Assembly: GCA_964479585.1 (NCBI GenBank)
Contig: CAYZMP010000003.1
Location: 5,045-69,044, forward strand
Length of the DNA stretch: 64,000 nt
Direction of reading: 5' to 3'
DNA from: an uncultured Erysipelothrix sp.
Lineage (GTDB): Bacteria; Bacillota_I; Bacilli_A; Erysipelotrichales; Erysipelotrichaceae
Part shown: positions 8,447 to 16,981 of the stretch, in pieces
Numbering within the stretch: position 1 is the first letter of the stretch
Layout of the letters: each line of letters starts with the position of its first letter
Made by a program: the position numbers and the translations under genes
The notes under the pieces: generated by a model
Told to the model about the DNA's origin: nothing
Seen by the model: only the letters and a program-made list of their open reading frames with translations
Database searches by the model: none

Positions 8447-8623
8447 TTACACTACACTCCCTTCTTGACGTTGATTGGGATGCAAAGCACATGATGCAAT
8501 AGCACATCCGTTACAACTTTGTGTTAAATCTTCACACCCTTCTGGTACAGGTGTTTTATGATTTAAGAAATACACTCCTGCATAAAATAATACTAACGCT
8601 CCTGCAAATAACAACGGTTCCAT
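8447..8623 (-). CDS. small Cys-rich single-pass membrane protein (58 aa) encoded between rnfA and rnfB
   Basis: Not in the ORF track. Own translation: MEPLLFAGALVLFYAGVYFLNHKTPVPEGCEDLTQSCNGCAIASCALHPNQRQEGSVV. Its ATG overlaps the rnfA stop (TAATG), and its stop lies 1 nt before the rnfB ATG. Confidence 0.55.
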   Translation of the reverse strand: MEPLLFAGALVLFYAGVYFLNHKTPVPEGCEDLTQSCNGCAIASCALHPNQRQEGSVV

Positions 8624-9195
8624 TAAACGATTCCTGCCAATCCACTAAATGCAAGTGCCATTAACGCAGCAACAATCATAGCGATTGGATTACCTTTAAA
8701 TGGTAATGGTGTTTCAGCAAAATCAAGTCGTTCTCTAATAGCTGAGAACAAGAATAACACTAAGGTAAAACCTACAGGAACAGCAATGGCGTGTGTTAGC
8801 ATTTCAATAAAATCAAACCCCTGAGCAATGTTTTGTAACGCTACAAATAGAACTGCACAGTTGGTCGTAATTAGAGGTAAAAAGATACCTAATGATTTAT
8901 ACAACTTTGGAGAAAACTTTTTAATAATTAATTCTGTTAATTGAACAAATGATGCAATAACTAAAATAAATGTAATTAATTGCATGTATTCAAGTCCACG
9001 TGGCTCTAAAATTAAGTGGTAAATTCCATAGGTAACAAGAGATGCACCTAACACTACAAAGGTAACTGCTCCACCCATACCAACAGCAGAGCTTGTTTTT
9101 CTAGAAACACCCATAAATGGACATACGCCTAAGAAACGACTTAAGACGATGTTGTTAATAAATATGGCTGAAATAAATAGTGCGAATAGTTCCAT
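8623..9195 (-). CDS. rnfA: Rnf electron transport complex subunit A
   Basis: 190 aa. MELFALFISAIFINNIVLSRFLGVCPFMGVS is the canonical RnfA/NqrE N-terminus. Confidence 0.92.
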   Translation of the reverse strand: MELFALFISAIFINNIVLSRFLGVCPFMGVSRKTSSAVGMGGAVTFVVLGASLVTYGIYHLILEPRGLEYMQLITFILVIASFVQLTELIIKKFSPKLYKSLGIFLPLITTNCAVLFVALQNIAQGFDFIEMLTHAIAVPVGFTLVLFLFSAIRERLDFAETPLPFKGNPIAMIVAALMALAFSGLAGIV

Positions 9196-9196
9196 A

Positions 9197-9847
9197 TTAT
9201 TTCACCTCTTTCGTACTTACTTTTGATGCTTCTTTTTGTTTATACGCTTCAAAAGCTGCTGCGATTAGAGCAAAGGTAATAAATGCTCCCGCAGGTTGGT
9301 TAAACATTGATATTGTAAACTCACTTGGAATGATACTTAAATCAAAGATAACTGCTTGATTAAACGGATTCACTAAGTTCAGTCCACCAGTCGCAATTAA
9401 CTGACGAATAGAAGCTAAAATGACCAAGCTAAATGTAAATGCTAAGCCCATTCCAACACCATCAATGGCTGAATCAACAACTTTATTTTTAGAAGCAAAT
9501 GACTCTGCACGCCCTAAAATAATACAGTTAACAACAATTAATGGAATAAATACACCTAATGCGGCATATAATTCTACTGTAAATGCTTGCATGATCATTT
9601 CGACCATCGTAACTAGTGTTGCAATAATAACAATATAAACTGGAATGCGAACATCCATTGGTGTAATTTTTCTTAACAAAGAAACCATAACATTAGCAAT
9701 AGTGAGTACAACAATAACCGCTGCTCCCATACCTAATGCATTGTTTAATGTTGTCGAAATCGCCAAGGCTGGACACAAACCAAGATACAATGCAAATGCT
9801 GGGTTTTCTTTTATAAATCCCTTTTTGAAATTTTCAAATTTATTCAT
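9197..9847 (-). CDS. rnfE: Rnf electron transport complex subunit E
   Basis: 216 aa. ..NPAFALYLGLCPALAIST.. is the RnfE/NqrD signature. Confidence 0.92.
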   Translation of the reverse strand: MNKFENFKKGFIKENPAFALYLGLCPALAISTTLNNALGMGAAVIVVLTIANVMVSLLRKITPMDVRIPVYIVIIATLVTMVEMIMQAFTVELYAALGVFIPLIVVNCIILGRAESFASKNKVVDSAIDGVGMGLAFTFSLVILASIRQLIATGGLNLVNPFNQAVIFDLSIIPSEFTISMFNQPAGAFITFALIAAAFEAYKQKEASKVSTKEVK

Positions 9848-9857
9848 GGTTTGCCTC

Positions 9858-10796
9858 CTATTCTTCTAAACCAATTGCAGCGCGAACGGCACGAGCTGCA
9901 GATACTGCTGTGACTGTTGCGCCTGCAACAGCATCAATAGAAATTTCACTATCTGTAATATCTAAACCAACAAATTGATCAAAGAACTCTTCATCATCAA
10001 TTTTGTCACCAATACCCGTTGTATCATTCATCTCTACTAATTTAACAGAAACAATAGTATTGTCTGCTGTGTTGATAACTACTTCAAAGATGTTTGGCTC
10101 TGCATCTTCATATCCACCTTCTAAGACAGCATATCCACGAGATGAAACAACGTATGTAACTACATCTCCATCTGCAGACTCTTCCAAAATCTCACCAGCT
10201 ACACGCTCTGTTTGATTTGTGAAAATTCCAACACTTGCACCAAATTGAATTGGTGGTGTTTCAATTACAGCTCCTGAACCATCATCTTCAATTCCTTGAG
10301 ATTCATTAAATAACGTTTTCGCTGCATTAATACCATTAACAACAGCTCCCGATGTTACAGTTGCGCCAGATAATACTGGAATTCCTTCTGTGGTTGATTT
10401 ACCAATGACATTATCAGAAAACTCAGGGTTTTCAATACGATCACCAATACCTGGTGTATCATTCAAATCTAAAACTTGAAACCCAATAATTTCTGCATCA
10501 TCAGATATGCCTACCATAAATACGATTGGATTAGCATACCCTTGCACTTCTACTTTGTATGCCATCCCAGATCCTACTGCCTCATAAACTCCAACAACAA
10601 GACCACTTTCATCTTCAAAGTCTTCAATAATTAAAAACTCATCAGTGTCTGGGAATATTAGCTCTAAGTTTGCACGCTCACTAGCAATTGCATTTTCAGC
10701 AATAATTGGTGCTGTAATATTGTTAACAGCAGAAAGTGCACCACCAGCTAGTGCAGCAACAATCGCTAAAAACAATCCAATTTTTAATACTTTCAT
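9858..10796 (-). CDS. rnfG: Rnf subunit G with two tandem FMN_bind modules
   Basis: ORF 9858..10841. The start ATG at 10796 follows AAGGAGG. N-terminal anchor, then two FMN-binding modules ending in LSGATVTS and DAVAGATVTA (ApbE flavinylation motifs). 312 aa against roughly 200 for typical RnfG. Confidence 0.85.
   Translation of the reverse strand: MKVLKIGLFLAIVAALAGGALSAVNNITAPIIAENAIASERANLELIFPDTDEFLIIEDFEDESGLVVGVYEAVGSGMAYKVEVQGYANPIVFMVGISDDAEIIGFQVLDLNDTPGIGDRIENPEFSDNVIGKSTTEGIPVLSGATVTSGAVVNGINAAKTLFNESQGIEDDGSGAVIETPPIQFGASVGIFTNQTERVAGEILEESADGDVVTYVVSSRGYAVLEGGYEDAEPNIFEVVINTADNTIVSVKLVEMNDTTGIGDKIDDEEFFDQFVGLDITDSEISIDAVAGATVTAVSAARAVRAAIGLEE
9861..10247 (-). repeat. paralogous FMN_bind module, copy 1 (C-terminal domain of RnfG)
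   Basis: Protein about 60 percent identical by eye to the RnfD C-terminal module (shared SSRGYAVLEGGY.DAEPNIFEV, DNTIVSV, VEMNDT). DNA stretches such as acttcaaagatgtttggctctgcatcttcatatccaccttctaa recur nearly unchanged at 11030-11075. Confidence 0.8.
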
Positions 10797-10797
10797 G

Positions 10798-12315
10798 TTA
10801 TTCGCCTCCTTGTAGTGCATCAATGGCGGTTCTAACTGCACGATTTGCAGAAACAGAAGTCATTGTAGCACCAGCAACGGAATCAACTGTAATACTATCA
10901 TCATCAAAGGATAATCCTTCATATTGTTCTAAGTAAGTTGTTGTATTAATAGGATCACTAATACCAGGAGTATCGTTCATCTCTACTACAACAACAGACA
11001 CTATTGTATTATCGGATGTGTTTAATGCAACTTCAAAGATATTTGGCTCTGCATCATCATATCCACCTTCTAATACTGCATAACCTCTAGAAGAAATTGT
11101 ATATGTAATCACATCACCATCTTCACTTTGATTTACAACCTCACCAGCAACACGTGCGGTGATATCATCAAATATTCCAATTGGTTCTCCAAAGTTAACA
11201 GTAATATCACCATTATCTCCGTTATCTCCATTAGAAGGATCTTCAGCTGCTACAGCTTCCATTTGTGTCGCTACACCACCCATCAGTAACATGCCAACAA
11301 CTAGTGTAACCACAAAAGCTGTAATATACTTTTTCTCTTTTTCATATTGCCAACCATCGGTAAATCTTTCGATTGTTGGTGTTAAAATGTTCATTAATAA
11401 GATGGAATACACAACTCCACCTGGAAGATTTGCTTGTACACGAATTAAAACGGTAATAATTGCAGCCCCAACTGCAAAGATAATTCTTCCTGAAGCTGAT
11501 GTAGGGTTTGTAACTGGATCTGTTAGCATAAAAACTGCTCCAAATACAGCTCCACCTGCAATTACATGATATGTTGGATACCAAATGCCAACACCATGGA
11601 CAAGTGCAATAACCCAAGCTAATACGAAAATTGTTCCTAAATAGAATACTGGTATACGCCAATCAAGAACTTTTCTAAAGGCTAAGATAGCACCAACAAC
11701 AAGTAGAAGTAGTGCACTTGTTTCACCTAATGCTCCAGGATACCATCCTACAAATAAATTAAACAATCCACCGAAACTTTCTAAGAAAGCTTCTGTAGCA
11801 ACTGCATCGGTGATTAACCAGCCACGTTGAGCAATAGAAGCAATTGGTGTTGCAGATGTCGTTAAGTCAGCAGCTACACGACCTGCAAAAGCAGTTAAGA
11901 TTACAGTACGACCTACTGCAGCTGGATTAAAAATATTATGACCAAATCCACCAAACAATAGTTTACCAATTAATATAGCAAACACAGTTCCAACACCCAT
12001 AGCATAAAAAGTCATGTTAATTGGAACCATTAATACTAGTATAATCGCTGTTACCCAAGGAAATGATCCTTGTAAATGTTTGCCAATTGGCTTTTTAAGA
12101 ACTAGACACCAAAGAACTTCAGTGACTAAAGACACCCCTACCGCTGTTGCAAACAACAACAGTGCGTGGATAACATAACTCATATCATATTCAACATAGT
12201 AGTAAGCTAAGCTGAAAATAAACACAGCAAGCAACCCAAGGGTTAGTTCAAACATGATGTTTTGAGTTGATTGTCTAATACGTTGATTTGGTGACACTCT
12301 AAATGTAAATTTCAT
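10798..12315 (-). CDS. rnfD: Rnf subunit D fused to an extra TM helix and a C-terminal FMN_bind domain
   Basis: 505 aa. The RnfD/NqrB core has the DLTTSATPI flavinylation site and TDPVT. It is followed by the helix YITAFVVTLVVGMLLMGGVA, an NGDNGDNGD linker and an FMN_bind module ending in DSVAGATMTS. Confidence 0.85.
   Translation of the reverse strand: MKFTFRVSPNQRIRQSTQNIMFELTLGLLAVFIFSLAYYYVEYDMSYVIHALLLFATAVGVSLVTEVLWCLVLKKPIGKHLQGSFPWVTAIILVLMVPINMTFYAMGVGTVFAILIGKLLFGGFGHNIFNPAAVGRTVILTAFAGRVAADLTTSATPIASIAQRGWLITDAVATEAFLESFGGLFNLFVGWYPGALGETSALLLLVVGAILAFRKVLDWRIPVFYLGTIFVLAWVIALVHGVGIWYPTYHVIAGGAVFGAVFMLTDPVTNPTSASGRIIFAVGAAIITVLIRVQANLPGGVVYSILLMNILTPTIERFTDGWQYEKEKKYITAFVVTLVVGMLLMGGVATQMEAVAAEDPSNGDNGDNGDITVNFGEPIGIFDDITARVAGEVVNQSEDGDVITYTISSRGYAVLEGGYDDAEPNIFEVALNTSDNTIVSVVVVEMNDTPGISDPINTTTYLEQYEGLSFDDDSITVDSVAGATMTSVSANRAVRTAIDALQGGE
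10801..11193 (-). repeat. paralogous FMN_bind module, copy 2 (C-terminal extension of RnfD)
   Basis: See copy 1. The alignment covers GEPIGIF...AGATMTSVSANRAVRTAI against GASVGIF...AGATVTAVSAARAVRAAI. Confidence 0.8.
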
Positions 12316-12318
12316 GTT

Positions 12319-13614
12319 TTACGCCCCTTTCCTTAGTTGTAATGCTTTTTTAGCACGTTTAACACCTTCGGTTACATCTAAACGTGATGGACATACATAA
12401 GAACATAATCCACATTCGATACATTGATCAGCACGAAGTTGTGCAATAAGATCAACATTTTTTGTTTCTTCTGCATTGTTTATACGTACTGGCAACAATC
12501 CTGCTGGACAGTAGTCGTTACATTTACCACAACGTAAACAAGCAATTGGATCTAAAGGTTTTGTTTTTAATATTGTGATTGCATTGGTGTATGGAGTTAC
12601 AACAAATTGATCATTAACAATCGTTTTCCCCATCATTGGTCCACCAGCGATACAACTAATTTGTTCGCCTGTATAACCACCAAGTTGAGCTACAATATCG
12701 GATGTTGGTGTACCAACAGCCACAAATACATTAGAAGGTTTTGAAACACCATCACCACTTACGGTAACCATTTTATATGTTGGTGTTTCACCTTTTGTTA
12801 ATGCTTGACCAAAAGCGATGGCTGTCGTTGCATTATTAACAACCAAGCCTAACTCACTTGGTAACTTGTCATAACGTTTTTTAAATATTTGATAAACCAG
12901 TGTTCTTTCCCAACCCATTGGATACACATCTGGTACTGCTTTAATTTCAATAGTTGGATAATTTTCAACAGCTTTCTCTAATTTTGCAATTAAAGCCTTT
13001 TTTGTCTTTTTAACAGAAATCATTGCTTTTTGAGCCTGTGCCATTTTTATCATCGCAGAAGTACCTACAAGTAAATCCTCTAAGTAGTTTTCCATCATTC
13101 GATAATCAGCAGTAATATATGGTTCACACTCAACACCGTTAATAACGATGGTATGAATATCTTTTGCGAATTTATATTTAATATAAGATGGGAATCCAGC
13201 TCCTCCCATTCCTACTATTCCTGCATTCATCATAAAATCAATTAATTCTTCACGAGAAGCACTTTCATAGTTTACTGGTTCTAATGTTTGAGCTTTCTCA
13301 TTTTGTCCATCATTTTCAATTACGATATGGTCTATAGGTTTTAAAGAAGCATGCATTACTTTCTTAATGCCCTTTACTACACCTGAGACTGGCGAGAACA
13401 ATGGTACTGTAAAATTATCGTTTCTAACTGCAAGCTTTGTGTTCACAAAAACACGGTCATTTTCTTTCACTAATACTTCGAAACTTGTAGAAAGTCCGTT
13501 TATTAATGGGATGTAGACCGTCTTAGGAGCTTGTATAGTTACGATATCATTGTAGTTGGTCAACTCCTTATGTCCATCGACATGTAATTGGCTTGGACCG
13601 ATCCATACTGACAT
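12319..13614 (-). CDS. rnfC: Rnf subunit C (NADH-binding, two 4Fe-4S clusters)
   Basis: ORF 12319..13671. The ATG at 13614 follows AGGTGG and gives MSVWIGPSQLHVDGHKELT, matching the usual RnfC N-terminal spacing. Contains GMGGAGFP, CLRCGKCNDYCP and CIECGLCSYVCP. Confidence 0.9.
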   Translation of the reverse strand: MSVWIGPSQLHVDGHKELTNYNDIVTIQAPKTVYIPLINGLSTSFEVLVKENDRVFVNTKLAVRNDNFTVPLFSPVSGVVKGIKKVMHASLKPIDHIVIENDGQNEKAQTLEPVNYESASREELIDFMMNAGIVGMGGAGFPSYIKYKFAKDIHTIVINGVECEPYITADYRMMENYLEDLLVGTSAMIKMAQAQKAMISVKKTKKALIAKLEKAVENYPTIEIKAVPDVYPMGWERTLVYQIFKKRYDKLPSELGLVVNNATTAIAFGQALTKGETPTYKMVTVSGDGVSKPSNVFVAVGTPTSDIVAQLGGYTGEQISCIAGGPMMGKTIVNDQFVVTPYTNAITILKTKPLDPIACLRCGKCNDYCPAGLLPVRINNAEETKNVDLIAQLRADQCIECGLCSYVCPSRLDVTEGVKRAKKALQLRKGA

Positions 13615-13815
13615 AAATCCACCTAATCCTTTCCTATTAAATACAGTTGAAATATGCAAAACACTTGACATGTTAACATTTTATTTCTAACTTATTATAA
13701 CACAGAAATGTTAGAGTGAAAGCTACGTTTTGACGTTTTTATAATTTTTTCACAAATCAACTTATTTTAGATTTTATGCATTTTATTAAGAATAATATTA
13801 ATCTACAATAAGCTA

Positions 13816-13824
13816 TGATATAAT
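13816..13824 (+). promoter_or_regulatory. extended -10 promoter element for apbE
   Basis: TGATATAAT (TGnTATAAT) lies 15 nt upstream of the apbE ATG region, followed by a GGTGA RBS. Confidence 0.5.
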
Positions 13825-13839
13825 GACGGCGGTGATAAA

Positions 13840-14970
13840 ATGAAAAGAATTATTGTTGGCTTTATGAGCCTTTTACTTATATTAAGTGCATGTACTCCCA
13901 CTCAACGTAGTGAGTATCAACGATTTGATCAATCGACTTTTGATGCTGGGTTTGATACGGTCATACGTTTAATTGCTTATACAAAAGATAGACAAGAATT
14001 TGATGATTATTTTGAACAAATGACCATTGATTTCTTTTATCTCAACACGTTATTTGATAAGTACAATGATTATGAAGGCATTAATAATATTAAAACAATC
14101 AACGATAATGCTGGGGTTGCTCCAGTTGAAGTTGATCCATTTATTATTGATTTATTAAAAATGAGTAAATATTGGTATGATAATGGCGAACAATTAATGG
14201 ATGTCACTTTTGGTGCTGTATTAAATATATGGCATGACTATCGTGAATTAGGATTAGCTGAAAACAACGATGGTAACGGTGGACCAATTCCTTCAGTTAA
14301 TATTTTAGAAGAAGCTGCACAGTGTACTGGTTTTGAGTTTTTAGAAATTAACGAAGAAGAGAGCACGGTATTTCTAACACAACCATGTGCTTCATTAGAT
14401 GTCGGTGCAACAGCAAAAGGATATGCAACGGAAGTAGTCGCAAGAAGTCTTGAGTCTGCTGGAATGAAGTATGGTTTGCTTAGTGCAGGTGGAAATGTTC
14501 GTAGTATTAATACTCGTGATGATGGTGAAGCTTGGGGTGTAGGTATCGAACTTCCTGAAATGTTTTCACAACGTTCTGCAGACACACTTCGGATCCCATC
14601 TTCAATATCTATTGTGACTAGCGGTGACTATCAACGATACTATGAAGGTGTTGATGGCAATCGATATCACCATTTAATTAATCCAAGAACGTTGTTTCCC
14701 GAATCATATTTCCATAGTGTAACTGCTGTAACAGAAGATTCTGGTATTGCGGATGCATTATCAACTATTTTATTTTTAATGGATTATGATGAAGGAATTA
14801 ACTTCATTAATAAAATACAATCTGAGAATCCTGACGAGCTTATTGGTGCATTTTGGATTTTCCATAAAGACCAAGAAGCACCTACAAATGCAATTATTGC
14901 AGAAAGTGAAGGATATATGGTCGCTATAACAGAGTCCTTAATCCCTTACTCTCGAGTTTTTAATCCATAG
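13840..14970 (+). CDS. apbE: ApbE-family FAD:protein FMN transferase, lipoprotein
   Basis: Signal peptide with lipobox LLILSAC. ApbE-like core (..DVGATAKGYA.., ..AGGNV.., TSGDYQRY, HHLINPRT, ADALST). Divergent from rnfC. Confidence 0.88.
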   Translation: MKRIIVGFMSLLLILSACTPTQRSEYQRFDQSTFDAGFDTVIRLIAYTKDRQEFDDYFEQMTIDFFYLNTLFDKYNDYEGINNIKTINDNAGVAPVEVDPFIIDLLKMSKYWYDNGEQLMDVTFGAVLNIWHDYRELGLAENNDGNGGPIPSVNILEEAAQCTGFEFLEINEEESTVFLTQPCASLDVGATAKGYATEVVARSLESAGMKYGLLSAGGNVRSINTRDDGEAWGVGIELPEMFSQRSADTLRIPSSISIVTSGDYQRYYEGVDGNRYHHLINPRTLFPESYFHSVTAVTEDSGIADALSTILFLMDYDEGINFINKIQSENPDELIGAFWIFHKDQEAPTNAIIAESEGYMVAITESLIPYSRVFNP

Positions 14971-14981
14971 GAGTAAAGTTT

Positions 14982-16952
14982 ATGAATAAAAAGACATTTG
15001 TATATTGGATTTTGTATTCATTATCCTTTATTTATACAGAGACACTCTTTGTTGTTTTAAGCGAGTTTAGTTTTTTCTCCATCAGTAGAGTTCGAATGCT
15101 TTTATTTGTCTTAAGTTTTAGTTTACTACTCGCAATTATCACTAGTTTACTGCCTAAAAAAATAGCTGGATTGTTTTTGTTTTTCACATTATTTTTGTAC
15201 TCGTTTTATGTTCTGTTTCAATCTTCCTTTTATGATTACATGGGATATTACTTAAGTGTAAATACTGCAAAAACAACAGCTGGAAATGTCAGTGAGTTTG
15301 TGTTGGATTTTATTAGAGCTATCCAACCTTTGTACTTATTGTATTTTGTGCCTCTTATTGTTTTGTTTTTATCCATTAAAACTAAGTTTCTTATTCTACC
15401 TACGTGGAAGGTTTCAATAAAACAGACTTTTACTTCCATTCTACTGTTAGTGCTTGTTCACTTTCTTTCTTTAGGAAGTTTATATATTTTACATAACCCT
15501 ACACAAATGTATACGCCAGTAGAGTTGTATAAAAATCCTGCTCAATCTTTTTTAGCCATTCAAGAGCTTGGTGTAAATCGATATGGTGTTCGAGATTTTT
15601 GGACTTTGTTTAATGGCAATGACAATAACCCTGTGATTGTAGATCCTACAATTCCTAATGATGATACACCAATTGACCAACCTGAGCCTGAAGATGATTT
15701 TGATAGAGTAGTTTTAACCGACAAATGGAAAGAGCTGCGAGATAATGAGACAAACTCAAGAATCAAGCAAATTGATGATTATTTATTGGCAAAAGATATA
15801 GTACCAAAAAATGACAAAACCGGGTTGTTTAAAGATAAAAATCTCGTGTTTATTATGGTTGAAGCTTTGGATTATATGGCTATTCATCCTGAGTTAACAC
15901 CAACATTGTATTCAATCACTACAGAGGGATGGCATTTTAACAACCATCATGCTGTTCGAGCATCATGTACAACAGGAGAAAGTGAGTTTATGGGTCTTCT
16001 TTCCATCATACCTTCTGTTTCAGTATGCTCACCTTATGAATACGCTGATAATGAATATACGTTGTCCGCCTTCAATTTATTTAAAGATAATGGGTATTCG
16101 GTGTCTTCATACCATAGTTATTTTGATCAATTTTATCCAAGAAGTGAGTGGCATGAGAATATGGGGAGTGAGTTTTATCATAGTGATCACATGGATATTC
16201 AAGTCCTACAAGGATGGCCAAGTGACTACAATCTATTTGAAGAGTCATATAAGAAAATAAGAACTTATTCTGAACCTTTTATGTCATTTATCACTACTGC
16301 TGCTATGCATTTTCCATATGATGCTGATTCGGTGCTTGGTAATCGTTACTTGCAAGAAGTAAATCAAGTGTATCCTGATGCTCCTATCGAAGTTAAAAGG
16401 TATTTATCAAAAGCAATTGATTTTGACAAAGGCTTAGCACGACTATTTGAGTTATTAAAGGAAGATGGGAAGTTTGATGACACTGTATTTGTACTATATG
16501 GTGACCATCATCCATTTCGTATGAATGGAAACTTCATTAACCAATATACAGCTGATATTGACCGTTTTGATGGTTTCAACATGGATTTAAATCCTTTGCT
16601 AATATACAACAGTGAAATTGAGGCGAAAACTTATTCAATGTTAAGTTGGCAAATTGATTTGTTGCCAACTATTGCTAATCTTTTTGATTTAGATTATGAT
16701 CCACGATTGTATATGGGAAAAGATTTGTTTGATTCAAACGATAACATTATCATATTTACAAATAGCAGTTGGAAAACAAACAAAGGGAATTTCTACGCAA
16801 CCACACAACAATTTATCCCTAATAATGAAAACAACACTTACACTACCGAAGAAATTGTGGCCATCAACCAATTTGTTAGAAATCAGTTTTTAATTAGTGA
16901 GGAAATACTTGATACTGATTACTACGCTTACCGTAAAGAAATTATTCCATAA
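14982..16952 (+). CDS. LtaS-family polyglycerolphosphate (lipoteichoic acid) synthase / sulfatase-domain membrane protein
   Basis: 656 aa. About five N-terminal TM helices, then an extracellular sulfatase-type domain (VFIMVEALD, ..TTGESEF.., YGDHHP). Confidence 0.75.
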   Translation: MNKKTFVYWILYSLSFIYTETLFVVLSEFSFFSISRVRMLLFVLSFSLLLAIITSLLPKKIAGLFLFFTLFLYSFYVLFQSSFYDYMGYYLSVNTAKTTAGNVSEFVLDFIRAIQPLYLLYFVPLIVLFLSIKTKFLILPTWKVSIKQTFTSILLLVLVHFLSLGSLYILHNPTQMYTPVELYKNPAQSFLAIQELGVNRYGVRDFWTLFNGNDNNPVIVDPTIPNDDTPIDQPEPEDDFDRVVLTDKWKELRDNETNSRIKQIDDYLLAKDIVPKNDKTGLFKDKNLVFIMVEALDYMAIHPELTPTLYSITTEGWHFNNHHAVRASCTTGESEFMGLLSIIPSVSVCSPYEYADNEYTLSAFNLFKDNGYSVSSYHSYFDQFYPRSEWHENMGSEFYHSDHMDIQVLQGWPSDYNLFEESYKKIRTYSEPFMSFITTAAMHFPYDADSVLGNRYLQEVNQVYPDAPIEVKRYLSKAIDFDKGLARLFELLKEDGKFDDTVFVLYGDHHPFRMNGNFINQYTADIDRFDGFNMDLNPLLIYNSEIEAKTYSMLSWQIDLLPTIANLFDLDYDPRLYMGKDLFDSNDNIIIFTNSSWKTNKGNFYATTQQFIPNNENNTYTTEEIVAINQFVRNQFLISEEILDTDYYAYRKEIIP

Positions 16953-16981
16953 AAAACTGCTCAATATCATTAGCAGTTTTT

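Noticed and set aside
10003-11662. Antisense or alternative-frame ORFs inside rnfG/rnfD (10003..10215+, 10736..10936+, 11159..11569+, 11342..11662-).
   Set aside because: They are fully embedded in well-supported rnf genes and have low-complexity Ser/Thr/Pro-rich translations typical of antisense frames. Similar embedded ORFs elsewhere in the track were ignored for the same reason, for example within sufS, nifJ, tgt, mutY, LtaS and MFS.
13738-13755. Possible Rex (redox repressor) box TTTATAATTTTTTCACAA between rnfC and apbE.
   Set aside because: Only the right half-site (TTCACAA) matches the TTGTGAAnnnnTTCACAA consensus; the left half matches 4 of 7. No rex gene is in the window. Worth a genome-wide motif scan but not supportable here.
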